From an uncultured Bacteroidota bacterium (GTDB lineage: Bacteria; Bacteroidota; Bacteroidia; NS11-12g; UBA9320), in assembly GCA_913054375.1 (NCBI GenBank), contig CAJXIQ010000003.1, positions 1 through 43,840 of the forward strand: a stretch of DNA of 43,840 nt, given 5' to 3'. The notes under the pieces were generated by a model, which had not been told where the DNA came from, did not search any database, and saw nothing but the letters and a program-made list of their open reading frames with translations. Positions 28,906 through 38,404 of the stretch are shown piece after piece (the first letter of the stretch is position 1; each line of letters starts with the position of its first letter). The translations under genes and the position numbers were made by a program.

Positions 28906-29914
28906 AGACCTTTTTCCCTTTGGCAAAATAGTGCCAGACTATTGATTTGGAATACAAGTCAACCTTCGTATTACCTATTTTTTTTACACTCTTTCGTTTG
29001 CGTAATGTTGTGCTTAGACTTCCCCAAAAGGCAACGTGTGCTTTAACAATAGTCCCCACTCGCTTTGGCTGGCCGTCCAACATAAATTTTATGGCAGACA
29101 CCCCATCCAGTAGCATTCGCCATACAATAGTGAATAGCCAAAATGGAGAATCCAGATTCTTTGCCAGTAGTATTAGGTTATTCCTGAAATTGAGAAAATA
29201 CTTTCTTTCTGATCCTTCTGCAAGTGTACCCCCACCAAGATGATATACCTCCGAACTGGGTTGTACCATAACAGAATAGCCCATACGCTGAAGTCGCCAA
29301 CAAAGATCTATCTCTTCCATATGAGCAAAAAAGTCCGCATCCAAAGCTCCTGCTTTGTGATATACTTCTGCACGAATAAACATACACGCTCCTGTGGCCC
29401 AAAAGGCTTTCTGCGGTTTATTGTATTGCCCCTTGTCTTCTTCGAGCGTATCAAATATTCGCCCACGGCAAAAGGGATAACCCCATTTATCCAAATACCC
29501 TCCACTGGCTCCTGCATATTCAAATAGTTCAGGCTGCTTGGCATCCAGTATCTTGGGTTGTATTGCTCCAATATTCTTATCGGCAATGGCCATATCTACT
29601 AATGGACTCAGCCAGTTTTCTGGCACTCTTACATCACTATTTAGCAGTACATAGTAATCTGCCTCTATTTGCTCCAATGCCCAATTGTATCCTCCTGCAT
29701 AGCCATAGTTCTCTGGAGACACGAGTAGTTCTATGTCCTCAGCAAAATGTTGTTTAATGTAGCTTGCACTATCATCTGTACTTGCATTGTCTACTACCCA
29801 TACTTCTTTATTGCCATACGCTGTAGCCAATACTGAAGGCAAAAAACGCTCCAGCAACAGACGCGTGTTATAGTTCAATATGACTATGGCAACTTTGGGT
29901 TGTACACTTTTCAT
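28892..29914 (-). CDS. Glycosyltransferase family 2 (rhamnosyltransferase/WbbL-like)
   Basis: IVILNYN, VDNASTD, NYGYAGGYN, LLNSD and HMEEIDLCWR motifs. Confidence 0.88.
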   Translation of the reverse strand: MKSVQPKVAIVILNYNTRLLLERFLPSVLATAYGNKEVWVVDNASTDDSASYIKQHFAEDIELLVSPENYGYAGGYNWALEQIEADYYVLLNSDVRVPENWLSPLVDMAIADKNIGAIQPKILDAKQPELFEYAGASGGYLDKWGYPFCRGRIFDTLEEDKGQYNKPQKAFWATGACMFIRAEVYHKAGALDADFFAHMEEIDLCWRLQRMGYSVMVQPSSEVYHLGGGTLAEGSERKYFLNFRNNLILLAKNLDSPFWLFTIVWRMLLDGVSAIKFMLDGQPKRVGTIVKAHVAFWGSLSTTLRKRKSVKKIGNTKVDLYSKSIVWHYFAKGKKVFTDL

Positions 29915-29916
29915 CT

Positions 29917-30285
29917 CTATTCGCTTTTATCCGAAAATATAAATTTCATACTTTCAGGATGAACAAGTAAAACACAAAATTTATCCGAATTCCCCTGAAA
30001 TTGTTGTTTGAAATCTGCTTCTCGTTCTTTTACTACTATCTCTCGGGTTACCATTTCTTCCAGCGTACTTGCACTAAAGTGAAAATGTGTTTGATGATCA
30101 CTCCTATCTATCACTTTCTGTGCAATAGCTATCTCATCTGCATGGGCAATAATAACAGGAAACTTAGAGTAACCCCCGTCTACAATGGCTTTCACTGTTT
30201 CATTCAATTCTTTTTTGAGCACTTTAATATCACTCTCCAAATTGTATAGTATTTCTTTCTCTTTTTCTGATATGCTGTTATCCAT
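29917..30285 (-). CDS. Conserved Bacteroidota hypothetical protein
   Basis: 122 aa, normal composition; SKFPVIIAH and ASTLEEM segments resemble a family I recall from Bacteroidota; 2 bp upstream of the GT2 gene. Confidence 0.75.
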   Translation of the reverse strand: MDNSISEKEKEILYNLESDIKVLKKELNETVKAIVDGGYSKFPVIIAHADEIAIAQKVIDRSDHQTHFHFSASTLEEMVTREIVVKEREADFKQQFQGNSDKFCVLLVHPESMKFIFSDKSE

Positions 30286-30465
30286 ATAAGCGTATTTGTA
30301 TTGGCTACCGAAAAAACAATTTTACTTAATCAATGGCAAAAGTGTAGAAATAAAGTCGTATTCTCGACCATAGATTCAAGAAAGCAACGATAATTTAGTG
30401 AATATGAAAATCATTCTCATACATGTGGCAGCTCAAGCCTTCTTGCATCGCGTGAGACCAAGCCT

Positions 30466-30759
30466 ATGAGAGCTACTGCAAATCTACCTGCTCTACTTTT
30501 CAGTGGTCCAATACCCTTTAATAATTTGAATGTAATGGCTCTCAACATTGTTGCTAAAGCAGAACTACGTTTTTATCAGCAAAAAAGAAACACCAATACC
30601 CTGAGAACTGATGTCCTATACCGCGGTATCGGGTGTGTAGAAGCTATAAGACATCCAGGACACTACCTGCAAAAAGAGATCAGTGATCTAATTTACTTTC
30701 CCTGGAGAGAAGGGAAAGGCCAACGCTTGCACATACCTGTAAGTATTTACATAGAATAA
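30466..30759 (+). CDS. Possible orphan ORF or gene remnant (97 aa)
   Basis: Fills otherwise empty space and ends 2 bp before the GNAT gene; no recognisable motif. Confidence 0.2.
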   Translation: MRATANLPALLFSGPIPFNNLNVMALNIVAKAELRFYQQKRNTNTLRTDVLYRGIGCVEAIRHPGHYLQKEISDLIYFPWREGKGQRLHIPVSIYIE

Positions 30760-30761
30760 CT

Positions 30762-31262
30762 TTGAAACACGATAAGCTCCAATCTAAGCAGGTTGTATCT
30801 GAAGAAGATATAACCACTGTAGCCATTCTTGCCAAGCAAATATGGACACAGCACTACACGCCAATTATTGGAATAGCTCAAGTAGACTATATGCTGGCTA
30901 AGTTTCAGGACGAAACCGCTATTGCCGCTCAAATAGAAAAGGGGTACAGCTATACACTATGGCATAACCCAGAGCCCATTGGATACCTTTGTTTACTCCA
31001 TCAAAATGACGGTCTCTTCATAAGCAAAATATACCTTCTACTGGATGAAAGAGGCAAAGGATATGGCAAAAAAATGATGACCTATGCTATCGCAGAAGCG
31101 AAAGTAAACAAGCATAAATACATACGACTTACCGTAAATAAGTACAATGATAAAAGCATTGCGGCTTATGAAAAACTGGGATTTATAAAAAAGCGAGAGG
31201 TAGTTTTTGACATTGGCAAAGGCTACTCCATGGATGACTTTGAGATGGAGTTGGCTATCTAA
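30762..31262 (+). CDS. GNAT family N-acetyltransferase
   Basis: IWTQHYTPIIG, SKIYL, RGKGYG, TVNKYN and YEKLGF motifs. Start codon uncertain. Confidence 0.88.
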   Translation: MKHDKLQSKQVVSEEDITTVAILAKQIWTQHYTPIIGIAQVDYMLAKFQDETAIAAQIEKGYSYTLWHNPEPIGYLCLLHQNDGLFISKIYLLLDERGKGYGKKMMTYAIAEAKVNKHKYIRLTVNKYNDKSIAAYEKLGFIKKREVVFDIGKGYSMDDFEMELAI

Positions 31263-32661
31263 GTGCCAATAGGACTACATTCTCAACGTGATGTGTCTGC
31301 GGAAACATATCTACCGCTTGACTTTTTATCACCTTATATTTTGAATCTAACATGGCTAAATCTCTTGCCTGCGTTGCTGGGTTACAACTTACATAGACTA
31401 TCTTAGGGCATGCTATATCTCCCAAGTATTCTACTACTTTAGGATGCATCCCACTGCGAGGAGGGTCTGTGATAATGATATCTGGTTTGCCATGTGTCGT
31501 GTAAAATTCGGCATTGAAAACATCTTTCATATCTCCTGCTAGAAACTCCACGTTGCTCAGTCCATTGATGCCCGCATTTACCTTTGCGGCCTCTATGGCT
31601 TCTTCTATTATTTCTACACCTACAGCTTTCTTGGCAGACTTCGCTGCTACACACGTAATTGTTCCTGTACCACAATACAAGTCATACACTACATCATCTG
31701 CTTGTATATCTGCAAAATCTATGGCTACCTTGTAGAGGCTTTCTGCCTGCTTCGGATTGGTTTGAAAGAATGACTTTGGAGAGATATTGAATTTCAACCC
31801 TCCCAATTCTTCTTGTATCTCAAAATCGCCACTGTATGGGATAAATTCTTGATCGAAGATACTATCATTCAATTTTGTATTGATACAATAGTTCAATGCC
31901 TTCGGGTTGAATTCTTTTTGAATAGCAGCCATAAGAGGCTCTATCTTATCCATCTCTGGCAAAGCAAATACGACATTTACCATCCAATCACCTCCTACCG
32001 TATTGCGTAGCATTAAATTTCTCATAAGACCACCGTGATCTTTCAGATCATAAAATGAATAGTCGTTTTCGATACAAAACGCATACACGAAGTTGCGTAT
32101 GGCATTTCCTCTGTCATCTTGCAACCAGCACTTGTCTATGGCAAGTACTTTGTCAAATCTACCTGGAGCATGAAAACCAAGTGCATTCGTATGGTCCAGA
32201 TCCTCTAATGTCTCATTCTCATACAACCACCTTTTATTGCTAAAGGTGTATTCCATTTTATTGCGATAAAACTGTAGGTCATTAGCTGCCAAAATAGGCA
32301 AGGTCTCTCCAATCTCAATCTTACCGATACGCTCCATACAATCTCTAGCCCATTGATCTTTGAGCTCAGCTTGTGCCGTGTAATCTATATGTTGCCACTT
32401 GCAACCCCCACATGTACCATAATGCTCACAAAACGGCTCTACCCTCAACTTACTAGCGGTGTGTATTTGAGTGATTTTAGCCAGGCTAAATTTCTTCTTA
32501 CGGCCTACTATCTGTAAATCTACTACATCTCCAGGGGCTCCGTATTTTACAAAAATCACCTTGCCTTCTATTTTAGCTAATGCATGGCCTTCACCTCCTG
32601 CGGCAAGCAATTCTACATTTTCAAAATGCATCTGCCTGTCCTTCTTCTTTCTACGTCCCAA
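31255..32661 (-). CDS. rlmD: 23S rRNA m5U1939 methyltransferase
   Basis: TRAM N-terminus, C-x5-CGGC Fe-S motif, SFFQTN, DLYCGTG, DPPRSG, YVSCNP and DMFPQTHHVE motifs. Confidence 0.95.
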   Translation of the reverse strand: MGRRKKKDRQMHFENVELLAAGGEGHALAKIEGKVIFVKYGAPGDVVDLQIVGRKKKFSLAKITQIHTASKLRVEPFCEHYGTCGGCKWQHIDYTAQAELKDQWARDCMERIGKIEIGETLPILAANDLQFYRNKMEYTFSNKRWLYENETLEDLDHTNALGFHAPGRFDKVLAIDKCWLQDDRGNAIRNFVYAFCIENDYSFYDLKDHGGLMRNLMLRNTVGGDWMVNVVFALPEMDKIEPLMAAIQKEFNPKALNYCINTKLNDSIFDQEFIPYSGDFEIQEELGGLKFNISPKSFFQTNPKQAESLYKVAIDFADIQADDVVYDLYCGTGTITCVAAKSAKKAVGVEIIEEAIEAAKVNAGINGLSNVEFLAGDMKDVFNAEFYTTHGKPDIIITDPPRSGMHPKVVEYLGDIACPKIVYVSCNPATQARDLAMLDSKYKVIKSQAVDMFPQTHHVENVVLLALR

Positions 32662-32728
32662 TATGTGTTGTTTTTGATTTGTTATTTTTTCTGGTTTGCT
32701 GCAGTGCGTTCTATACTCGTATGCACTG

Positions 32729-33217
32729 TTATTGCGAAACTGATTTCCTATAGCGTTCTACATTATCCAGTATTTCGCTAAACTTTTTTACATCATGATA
32801 TCCGGGCACTTGAAACATCTTTTTAGTTTCTGGCACAAAAAAGAAGAATGTAGGGTAGCCCCCTGGCTTGTTATTAGACAAAGCCAAAAGTAGCTCTCTA
32901 CCACTTAGCGAGTCACCAGTGCCAGCATCATATCTTCCAGGTTTTTCCGGGTTGAATTTAATAGCTATGTACTTTTCGTTAAACCGCTTTATTATACTAT
33001 CATTGGAGAAAGTCTTCCTGTCCATCACTTTACACCATCCACACCAATCTGTATAACAGTCTATCACCGCTATTTTCCCTTTTTGTTGAGCAAGATCAAA
33101 TCCCGTATTAAAATCATACCATTTTATTTTATTGGGCACATCAGATGTACCGCTAGTGTAATACCGAGCTCCAATAAGAAGAGGAAAAATGGCTAGTGCA
33201 AATACTATTTTTTTCAT
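32729..33217 (-). CDS. Exported thioredoxin-like protein (DUF255/SoxW-like)
   Basis: Signal peptide, YTDWCGWCKVMD and GYPT (cis-Pro) motifs; TATTTTTG -7 element at 33228-33235. Confidence 0.85.
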   Translation of the reverse strand: MKKIVFALAIFPLLIGARYYTSGTSDVPNKIKWYDFNTGFDLAQQKGKIAVIDCYTDWCGWCKVMDRKTFSNDSIIKRFNEKYIAIKFNPEKPGRYDAGTGDSLSGRELLLALSNNKPGGYPTFFFFVPETKKMFQVPGYHDVKKFSEILDNVERYRKSVSQ

Positions 33218-33428
33218 AACAGAGACGCAAAAATAACGTTTAGGTCACGGTTTCATGATGTCTAGTTACATTTTTACATGCCACCGAACCTTTGCATACC
33301 TTAAGTGGACCAATACAGACGAGATCAAGTAAATTAAAATTGTCCTAAGGAAGCAGCTAGAGAGGAGCCAGATGCTCTGAAACAAGGCAACAAAAAGTGT
33401 ACATTTGCGTTATACGAAACAGACCAAC

Positions 33429-36400
33429 GTGGCAGTATATAATACACTCATACAGAAACTAGAGAACTTCATCAAAAAGTATTACCAAAATCAACTTCTC
33501 AAGGGAGGTATATTGGGTATTTCTCTTGTGCTTGCCGCATTTTTTGCTCTCTCATTTTTTGAATACTTCGCCCGCTTTGGAACCACCACCAGGACGTTGC
33601 TATTTTATAGCTTTGTACTCCTTAGTTTGGTCGTAATCTGTTGGTATATGATACGACCAATACTTGGTCTTATAAACGTTCACAGAAAATTTGGGGTAAA
33701 AGAAGCCTCACAACTCATTGGCAATCATTTCCCGGAAGTCAAAGACAAATTGATCAATACTTTGCAGCTACAAGATAAAGCTGCACAAAACGACAACGAT
33801 CTGCTTCTTGCAAGCATAGAAAGACGCACCGCATCCCTACAACCCATACCCTTCAGCCATGCCATTCCATTCAGATCCAATCTCAAATATGTAAAATACG
33901 CTTTACTCCCCGCAATTGCTTTTGCATTTATACTTCTCGTAACCCCAGGATTTAAGAAAAGCACCGAACGTGTAGTCAATTTTAATCAACACTTTGAAAT
34001 AGAAGCTCCATTTAAATTCCTCACTAACATAGATAAGCAACAAGCTATACAGAACCAAAATATAGAGGTGCCATTAACCCTGGAAGGAACAGAAATACCT
34101 GCTACTGCTTACATATACATGGGGAGTCAACGTTACAAAATGAACAGTGACGGGGTAGGCAAATTTCGCTATACTATTAGTAATGTTCAACGTCTTGAAA
34201 AGATCTATTTTGAAGCAGGAGGTTTTACAAGCAAAGAATATTCTTTAGATCTGGCATTGAAACCAAGCCTCTCTGGCTACAGTGCAACACTGTTTTACCC
34301 AAAATATCTCGGTCTGGCGAATGAAAAAGTACGCAATATTGGGGAACTCAGTGTCCCGCAGGGAACCACAATACAATGGAATTTTGATACAAAAAATGTA
34401 GACAGTATAGGCATAACTCCAGATAACATAGTACTACATCCCAAGAATAACAAGACTTCTTTCACTAAAAAATTTATGCGTAGCGTACTGCTAAAAGTGA
34501 ATACAAAAAATACACAGGTAGACGAAGGAGATTCTATTTTTTACCAAATAAATGTAATACCAGATGAGTTCCCACAAATAGGCGTAGAATGCAAAACCGA
34601 TAGTTTGAGTAATAAAATTTTTCATTTTTTGGGAGATATCAGAGATGATCATGGTTTTAGCAAGCTCCAATTTAATTATAGATTCAAAAAAAGTAGCCTG
34701 CTTGAAAATAAAAAGAAACAAGGTTATCTCACTATAAAAGTAGCTGCTGATATTGCTACTCAAACCTTCTATCACTACTGGAGCCTAGATGCCCTTAATA
34801 TACAAGCAGAAGATGAGATAGAGTACTATTTCACCGTATGGGATAATGATAGAGTGAATGGCGCAAAGTCTGCCAAGACGCCAACAAACACGTACAAAGC
34901 TCCATCGCTACAAGAAATAAATGACCAAACTGAGAAGGCCAACAAAGAAATAAAAAGTTCTATGGCAGGGGCACAAAGTGATGCTGCAGCGCTCCAAAAA
35001 GAGATACAGAGTATCGAAAAAATGATGACCGAGAAGAAAAACTTGGACTGGAATGATAAAAAGAAAATACAGGACCTACTGGATAAGCAGAAAGAACTCG
35101 AAAAAAAAATACGCGATGCCGTAAATAAGAACAAGCAAAAGAATAACAAAGAAGAGGAGTTTACCCCCCCAGAGGAGAGTTTACTGGAGAAGCAAAAACA
35201 GTTGGAAAAACTGATGGAAGAAGTGCTGGATGAAGAAACTCGCAAGTTGATGGAGAAAATACAAAAATTGCTTGATGAAAATAGGAAAGATGAGCTCCAA
35301 AAAGCAATGGATGAATTCAAATTTAGCGAGAAAGAAATGAGCAAGGAAATGGACCGTATGCTTGAACTTTTTAAAGAACTAGAACTTGAAAAAAAATTAA
35401 ACGAGGCCATAGACAAGCTGAATGAGCTAGCGAAGAAAGAAAAAGAACTGGCAGAGAAGACGAAAGACACAAAAGGTAAAAGTGAGCCCCTTCAGAAAGA
35501 ACAAGAAGAGATAAAGAAAGCGTTTGATGACCTGAAAAAAGACTTGCAAGATATAGATAAGAAAAACCAGGAGCTAGAGTCACCACTGGAGATAAGTAAG
35601 CAAGAAGAGAATAAGGATCAAGTAGATCAAAAAATGGACGATGCTCAGCAAAAGCAGAGCAAAGGCAAAAACAAAGATGCTGCCCAAAGTATGGACGATG
35701 CCGCCAAGAAGATGAAAGAGATGGCAGAAAAAATGCAGCAGGAAATGGAGGATGCCCAAGAAGAACAGCAAGAAGAAGACTACAATAACATTCGACAAAT
35801 ACTCGAAAATCTTGTGCAACTTTCTTTTGATCAAGAGAAAGTAATAGGTGGTTTTAAAAAAAATAAACGCTACAGTCCCAAGTATATAGAGCTACGCCAA
35901 GAACAGCGAAAGATAAAGGACGAAACCAAAATGGTAGAAGACTCTCTGCTCGCATTAAGTAAACGGAATATTAAGATACAATCATTTGTAAATGAAGAAA
36001 TAGCTCGCATAAATGATAACTTGGACAAATCGCTCAAGTACTTGGGTGAACGGTATACAAACAATGCTGTTGTACATCAACAATATGCTATGACAGGGTA
36101 TAACAACTTGGCTCTAATGCTGAGTGAATCTCTCAAGAAAATGCAAGAAGAGATGAAGGCACAAAAGAAAAACAAAGGCAAGCCAAAAGGTGAATGCAAA
36201 AAACCTGGAGGCAAAAAAGGAGACAAACCGAAAAAATCCAATGCCAATGCTATAAAAAAGATGCAAGATCAACTGGCAAAGCAAATGAAAAAATTGCAAG
36301 AGGGTCAGAAAAAAGGCAAGGGAAAACCTAGCAGCAAAGAGTTTGCAGAGATGGCAGCTCAACAATCCGCCATACGTAAGAAATTACGAGAACTCGGGAG

Positions 36401-36749
36401 CAAATTAGAAAAAAACGGGCAACGTGGGAGTCTTGGAGACATTAAAAAAACAGAAGATCTAATGGATCAATTGGAAGAGGATCTTTATAACAAAAGACTC
36501 AATAGTCAAACATTCCAAAAGCTAAATCAGATAGAAATAAAGCTTAGCGAACACGAACGTGCGGAGCGAGAACAAGAACAGGATAACAAACGAACTTCTA
36601 ATGAAGCAACCGAGCAAGAAAGACTGGTGCCTCCGAGTATAAAAAAGTATCTGGAACAGAAGAAAAAAGAAACAGAACTTTTGCGTAGCGTTTCACCAGA
36701 ACTACAACCGTATTACCAGAAAAAAGTAAAGGAATACTTTGCACAGTAA
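33429..36749 (+). CDS. DUF4175-like membrane-anchored long coiled-coil protein
   Basis: Three N-terminal TMs, DKLINTLQL, beta-rich middle, DDHG and VWDND motifs, ~600-aa K/E/Q coiled coil. Start refined to GTG 33429 because the track's TTG 33405 lies inside a TACATTTG -7 element (33400-33407). Confidence 0.75.
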   Translation: MAVYNTLIQKLENFIKKYYQNQLLKGGILGISLVLAAFFALSFFEYFARFGTTTRTLLFYSFVLLSLVVICWYMIRPILGLINVHRKFGVKEASQLIGNHFPEVKDKLINTLQLQDKAAQNDNDLLLASIERRTASLQPIPFSHAIPFRSNLKYVKYALLPAIAFAFILLVTPGFKKSTERVVNFNQHFEIEAPFKFLTNIDKQQAIQNQNIEVPLTLEGTEIPATAYIYMGSQRYKMNSDGVGKFRYTISNVQRLEKIYFEAGGFTSKEYSLDLALKPSLSGYSATLFYPKYLGLANEKVRNIGELSVPQGTTIQWNFDTKNVDSIGITPDNIVLHPKNNKTSFTKKFMRSVLLKVNTKNTQVDEGDSIFYQINVIPDEFPQIGVECKTDSLSNKIFHFLGDIRDDHGFSKLQFNYRFKKSSLLENKKKQGYLTIKVAADIATQTFYHYWSLDALNIQAEDEIEYYFTVWDNDRVNGAKSAKTPTNTYKAPSLQEINDQTEKANKEIKSSMAGAQSDAAALQKEIQSIEKMMTEKKNLDWNDKKKIQDLLDKQKELEKKIRDAVNKNKQKNNKEEEFTPPEESLLEKQKQLEKLMEEVLDEETRKLMEKIQKLLDENRKDELQKAMDEFKFSEKEMSKEMDRMLELFKELELEKKLNEAIDKLNELAKKEKELAEKTKDTKGKSEPLQKEQEEIKKAFDDLKKDLQDIDKKNQELESPLEISKQEENKDQVDQKMDDAQQKQSKGKNKDAAQSMDDAAKKMKEMAEKMQQEMEDAQEEQQEEDYNNIRQILENLVQLSFDQEKVIGGFKKNKRYSPKYIELRQEQRKIKDETKMVEDSLLALSKRNIKIQSFVNEEIARINDNLDKSLKYLGERYTNNAVVHQQYAMTGYNNLALMLSESLKKMQEEMKAQKKNKGKPKGECKKPGGKKGDKPKKSNANAIKKMQDQLAKQMKKLQEGQKKGKGKPSSKEFAEMAAQQSAIRKKLRELGSKLEKNGQRGSLGDIKKTEDLMDQLEEDLYNKRLNSQTFQKLNQIEIKLSEHERAEREQEQDNKRTSNEATEQERLVPPSIKKYLEQKKKETELLRSVSPELQPYYQKKVKEYFAQ

Positions 36750-36876
36750 GTCAAATGCACTAGAAGGAACATCGGCCTTCCTCAAAAAGTATTCATACTT
36801 CGGGCAGTGAGATTTCTTTTAACGCTCACAGCATTCCTGTTATGCGAATATGCCGTAGTTTATATTTGTACGTCTT

Positions 36877-37602
36877 CTACGGTCGTAGTTCGAAGTTGGT
36901 ACCCAAGTACACTTTACGTACCATCTCATCATCTGCTAACTCCTGCGGCGTACCTTTTTTGAGCAATCTACCCTCGAAGAGCAGATAAGCTCTATCTACC
37001 AAGTTTAAAGTAGCCTGTACATCGTGATCAGTAATGAGGACTCCTATATTTTTGGTTACTAGCTTCTGTACAATTTCTTGAATGTCTTCTACAGCAATAG
37101 GGTCTACACCAGCAAAGGGTTCATCCAACAATACAAACTTAGGATCCGTGGCCAATGCTCGAGCAATTTCACATCTTCTTCGCTCACCACCACTTAACAC
37201 CTTACCCAAATTCTTACGCACTTTTTCCAATCCAAACTCAGCTATCAACGACTCGGTTTTATCGTGTTGCTCTTGCTTGCTTTTATTGGTCATCTCAAGC
37301 ACTGCTCGTATGTTATCCTCAACTGTAAGATCTCTAAATACTGAAGCTTCCTGCGGCAGGTATCCTACACCTTTCTGTGCTCGTTGATACATAGCTTTGG
37401 ATGTAATATCCTCATCATCTAAATATACCTTTCCTGCATCTGGTTGCACAAGCCCAACCACCATATAAAACGTAGTTGTTTTACCTGCTCCGTTGGGGCC
37501 TAGTAGTCCTACAATTTCTCCTTGATTCACCTCCAAGGACATTTCATTGACCACCTTTCGTTTTTTGTATTGTTTAATGAGATTTTCTGCTTTGAGCCGC
37601 AT
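36877..37602 (-). CDS. lptB: LPS export ABC transporter ATP-binding protein
   Basis: [38 protein letters not shown] and ITDH motifs; TACTTTTG -7 element at 37611-37618. Confidence 0.95.
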   Translation of the reverse strand: MRLKAENLIKQYKKRKVVNEMSLEVNQGEIVGLLGPNGAGKTTTFYMVVGLVQPDAGKVYLDDEDITSKAMYQRAQKGVGYLPQEASVFRDLTVEDNIRAVLEMTNKSKQEQHDKTESLIAEFGLEKVRKNLGKVLSGGERRRCEIARALATDPKFVLLDEPFAGVDPIAVEDIQEIVQKLVTKNIGVLITDHDVQATLNLVDRAYLLFEGRLLKKGTPQELADDEMVRKVYLGTNFELRP

Positions 37603-37681
37603 GTTGTTTTCAAAAGTAGCACACTAATGAATAAGTAATATCCGTTTTCAAGTATATTTGTCCAATAATTAATATAACAGG

Positions 37682-38404
37682 ATGAAAAAAATTGTATTAG
37701 CCTTAGCACTCTTCGCCTTATTGCCAGCCAGTACGCGTGCACAAAATTGGCTTACACTGAAAGCCGGTGGAGGTATGGGCACTAATTTGGGTTATACTCA
37801 AGATGTAAACGCAGGAATAACAACGAGCTTTGGTTTGGGTTACAAGCACCAAATATCCAATCAATTATTGTTAGAAGGAGATGTACTACTAGACAGCAGA
37901 GCTGCAGAATACTACACTGGCAAATTAGATGCAAATGACTTACCTATTTACTTTAAAGGTGCAGGAACTTACATACAAGTACCCATCACTTTACAGTATA
38001 TGATCCCAGTCAAGAAAAAAGAATTGGTTCCATACAGAATGGGCCAACCAAAAACATTTTGGTTTATAGAAGGAGGACCTTACGTAGCTTATGGAAGTAG
38101 TGTCACTACTTTTTACGATCCGGACATACTGGCTTTGTGGACAGATCCAGATTCCGACACATTCACAACAAAAGACCTCACTCCTCGTAAAATCGACGTA
38201 GGTATCACCACAGGAATCGGCGTCAACTTTAGCATTGGAAGCAAAGGACAGACACGATTAATTGTAGGCACCAGAGCTAACTACGGATTCCTAAATCTAT
38301 TTAGAGATGACAGACTAGGTACGGCAACGAACTTCTCTGCTGTAGGCTATATTGCTGTTGACTTTAGCCTAACCAAGAGGAAGTATATTAAGCATCGATG
38401 GTAG
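37682..38404 (+). CDS. Outer-membrane beta-barrel (porin/PorT-like family) protein
   Basis: Signal peptide (..TRA-Q), amphipathic strands, YIQVP, GGPY and RANYG motifs; TATATTTG -7 element at 37653-37660. Confidence 0.75.
   Translation: MKKIVLALALFALLPASTRAQNWLTLKAGGGMGTNLGYTQDVNAGITTSFGLGYKHQISNQLLLEGDVLLDSRAAEYYTGKLDANDLPIYFKGAGTYIQVPITLQYMIPVKKKELVPYRMGQPKTFWFIEGGPYVAYGSSVTTFYDPDILALWTDPDSDTFTTKDLTPRKIDVGITTGIGVNFSIGSKGQTRLIVGTRANYGFLNLFRDDRLGTATNFSAVGYIAVDFSLTKRKYIKHRW

Noticed and set aside
33340-33407. Faint SAM-I riboswitch-like words (AGAGAGG...GATG...GGCAAC)
   Set aside because: P1/P3 pairing is not formable, the downstream gene is unrelated, and a promoter element lies downstream of it.
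34826-35470. 214-aa antisense ORF rich in S/F/L, and the many other short antisense ORFs in the track
   Set aside because: Shadow ORFs mirroring the codon bias of real genes on the opposite strand.
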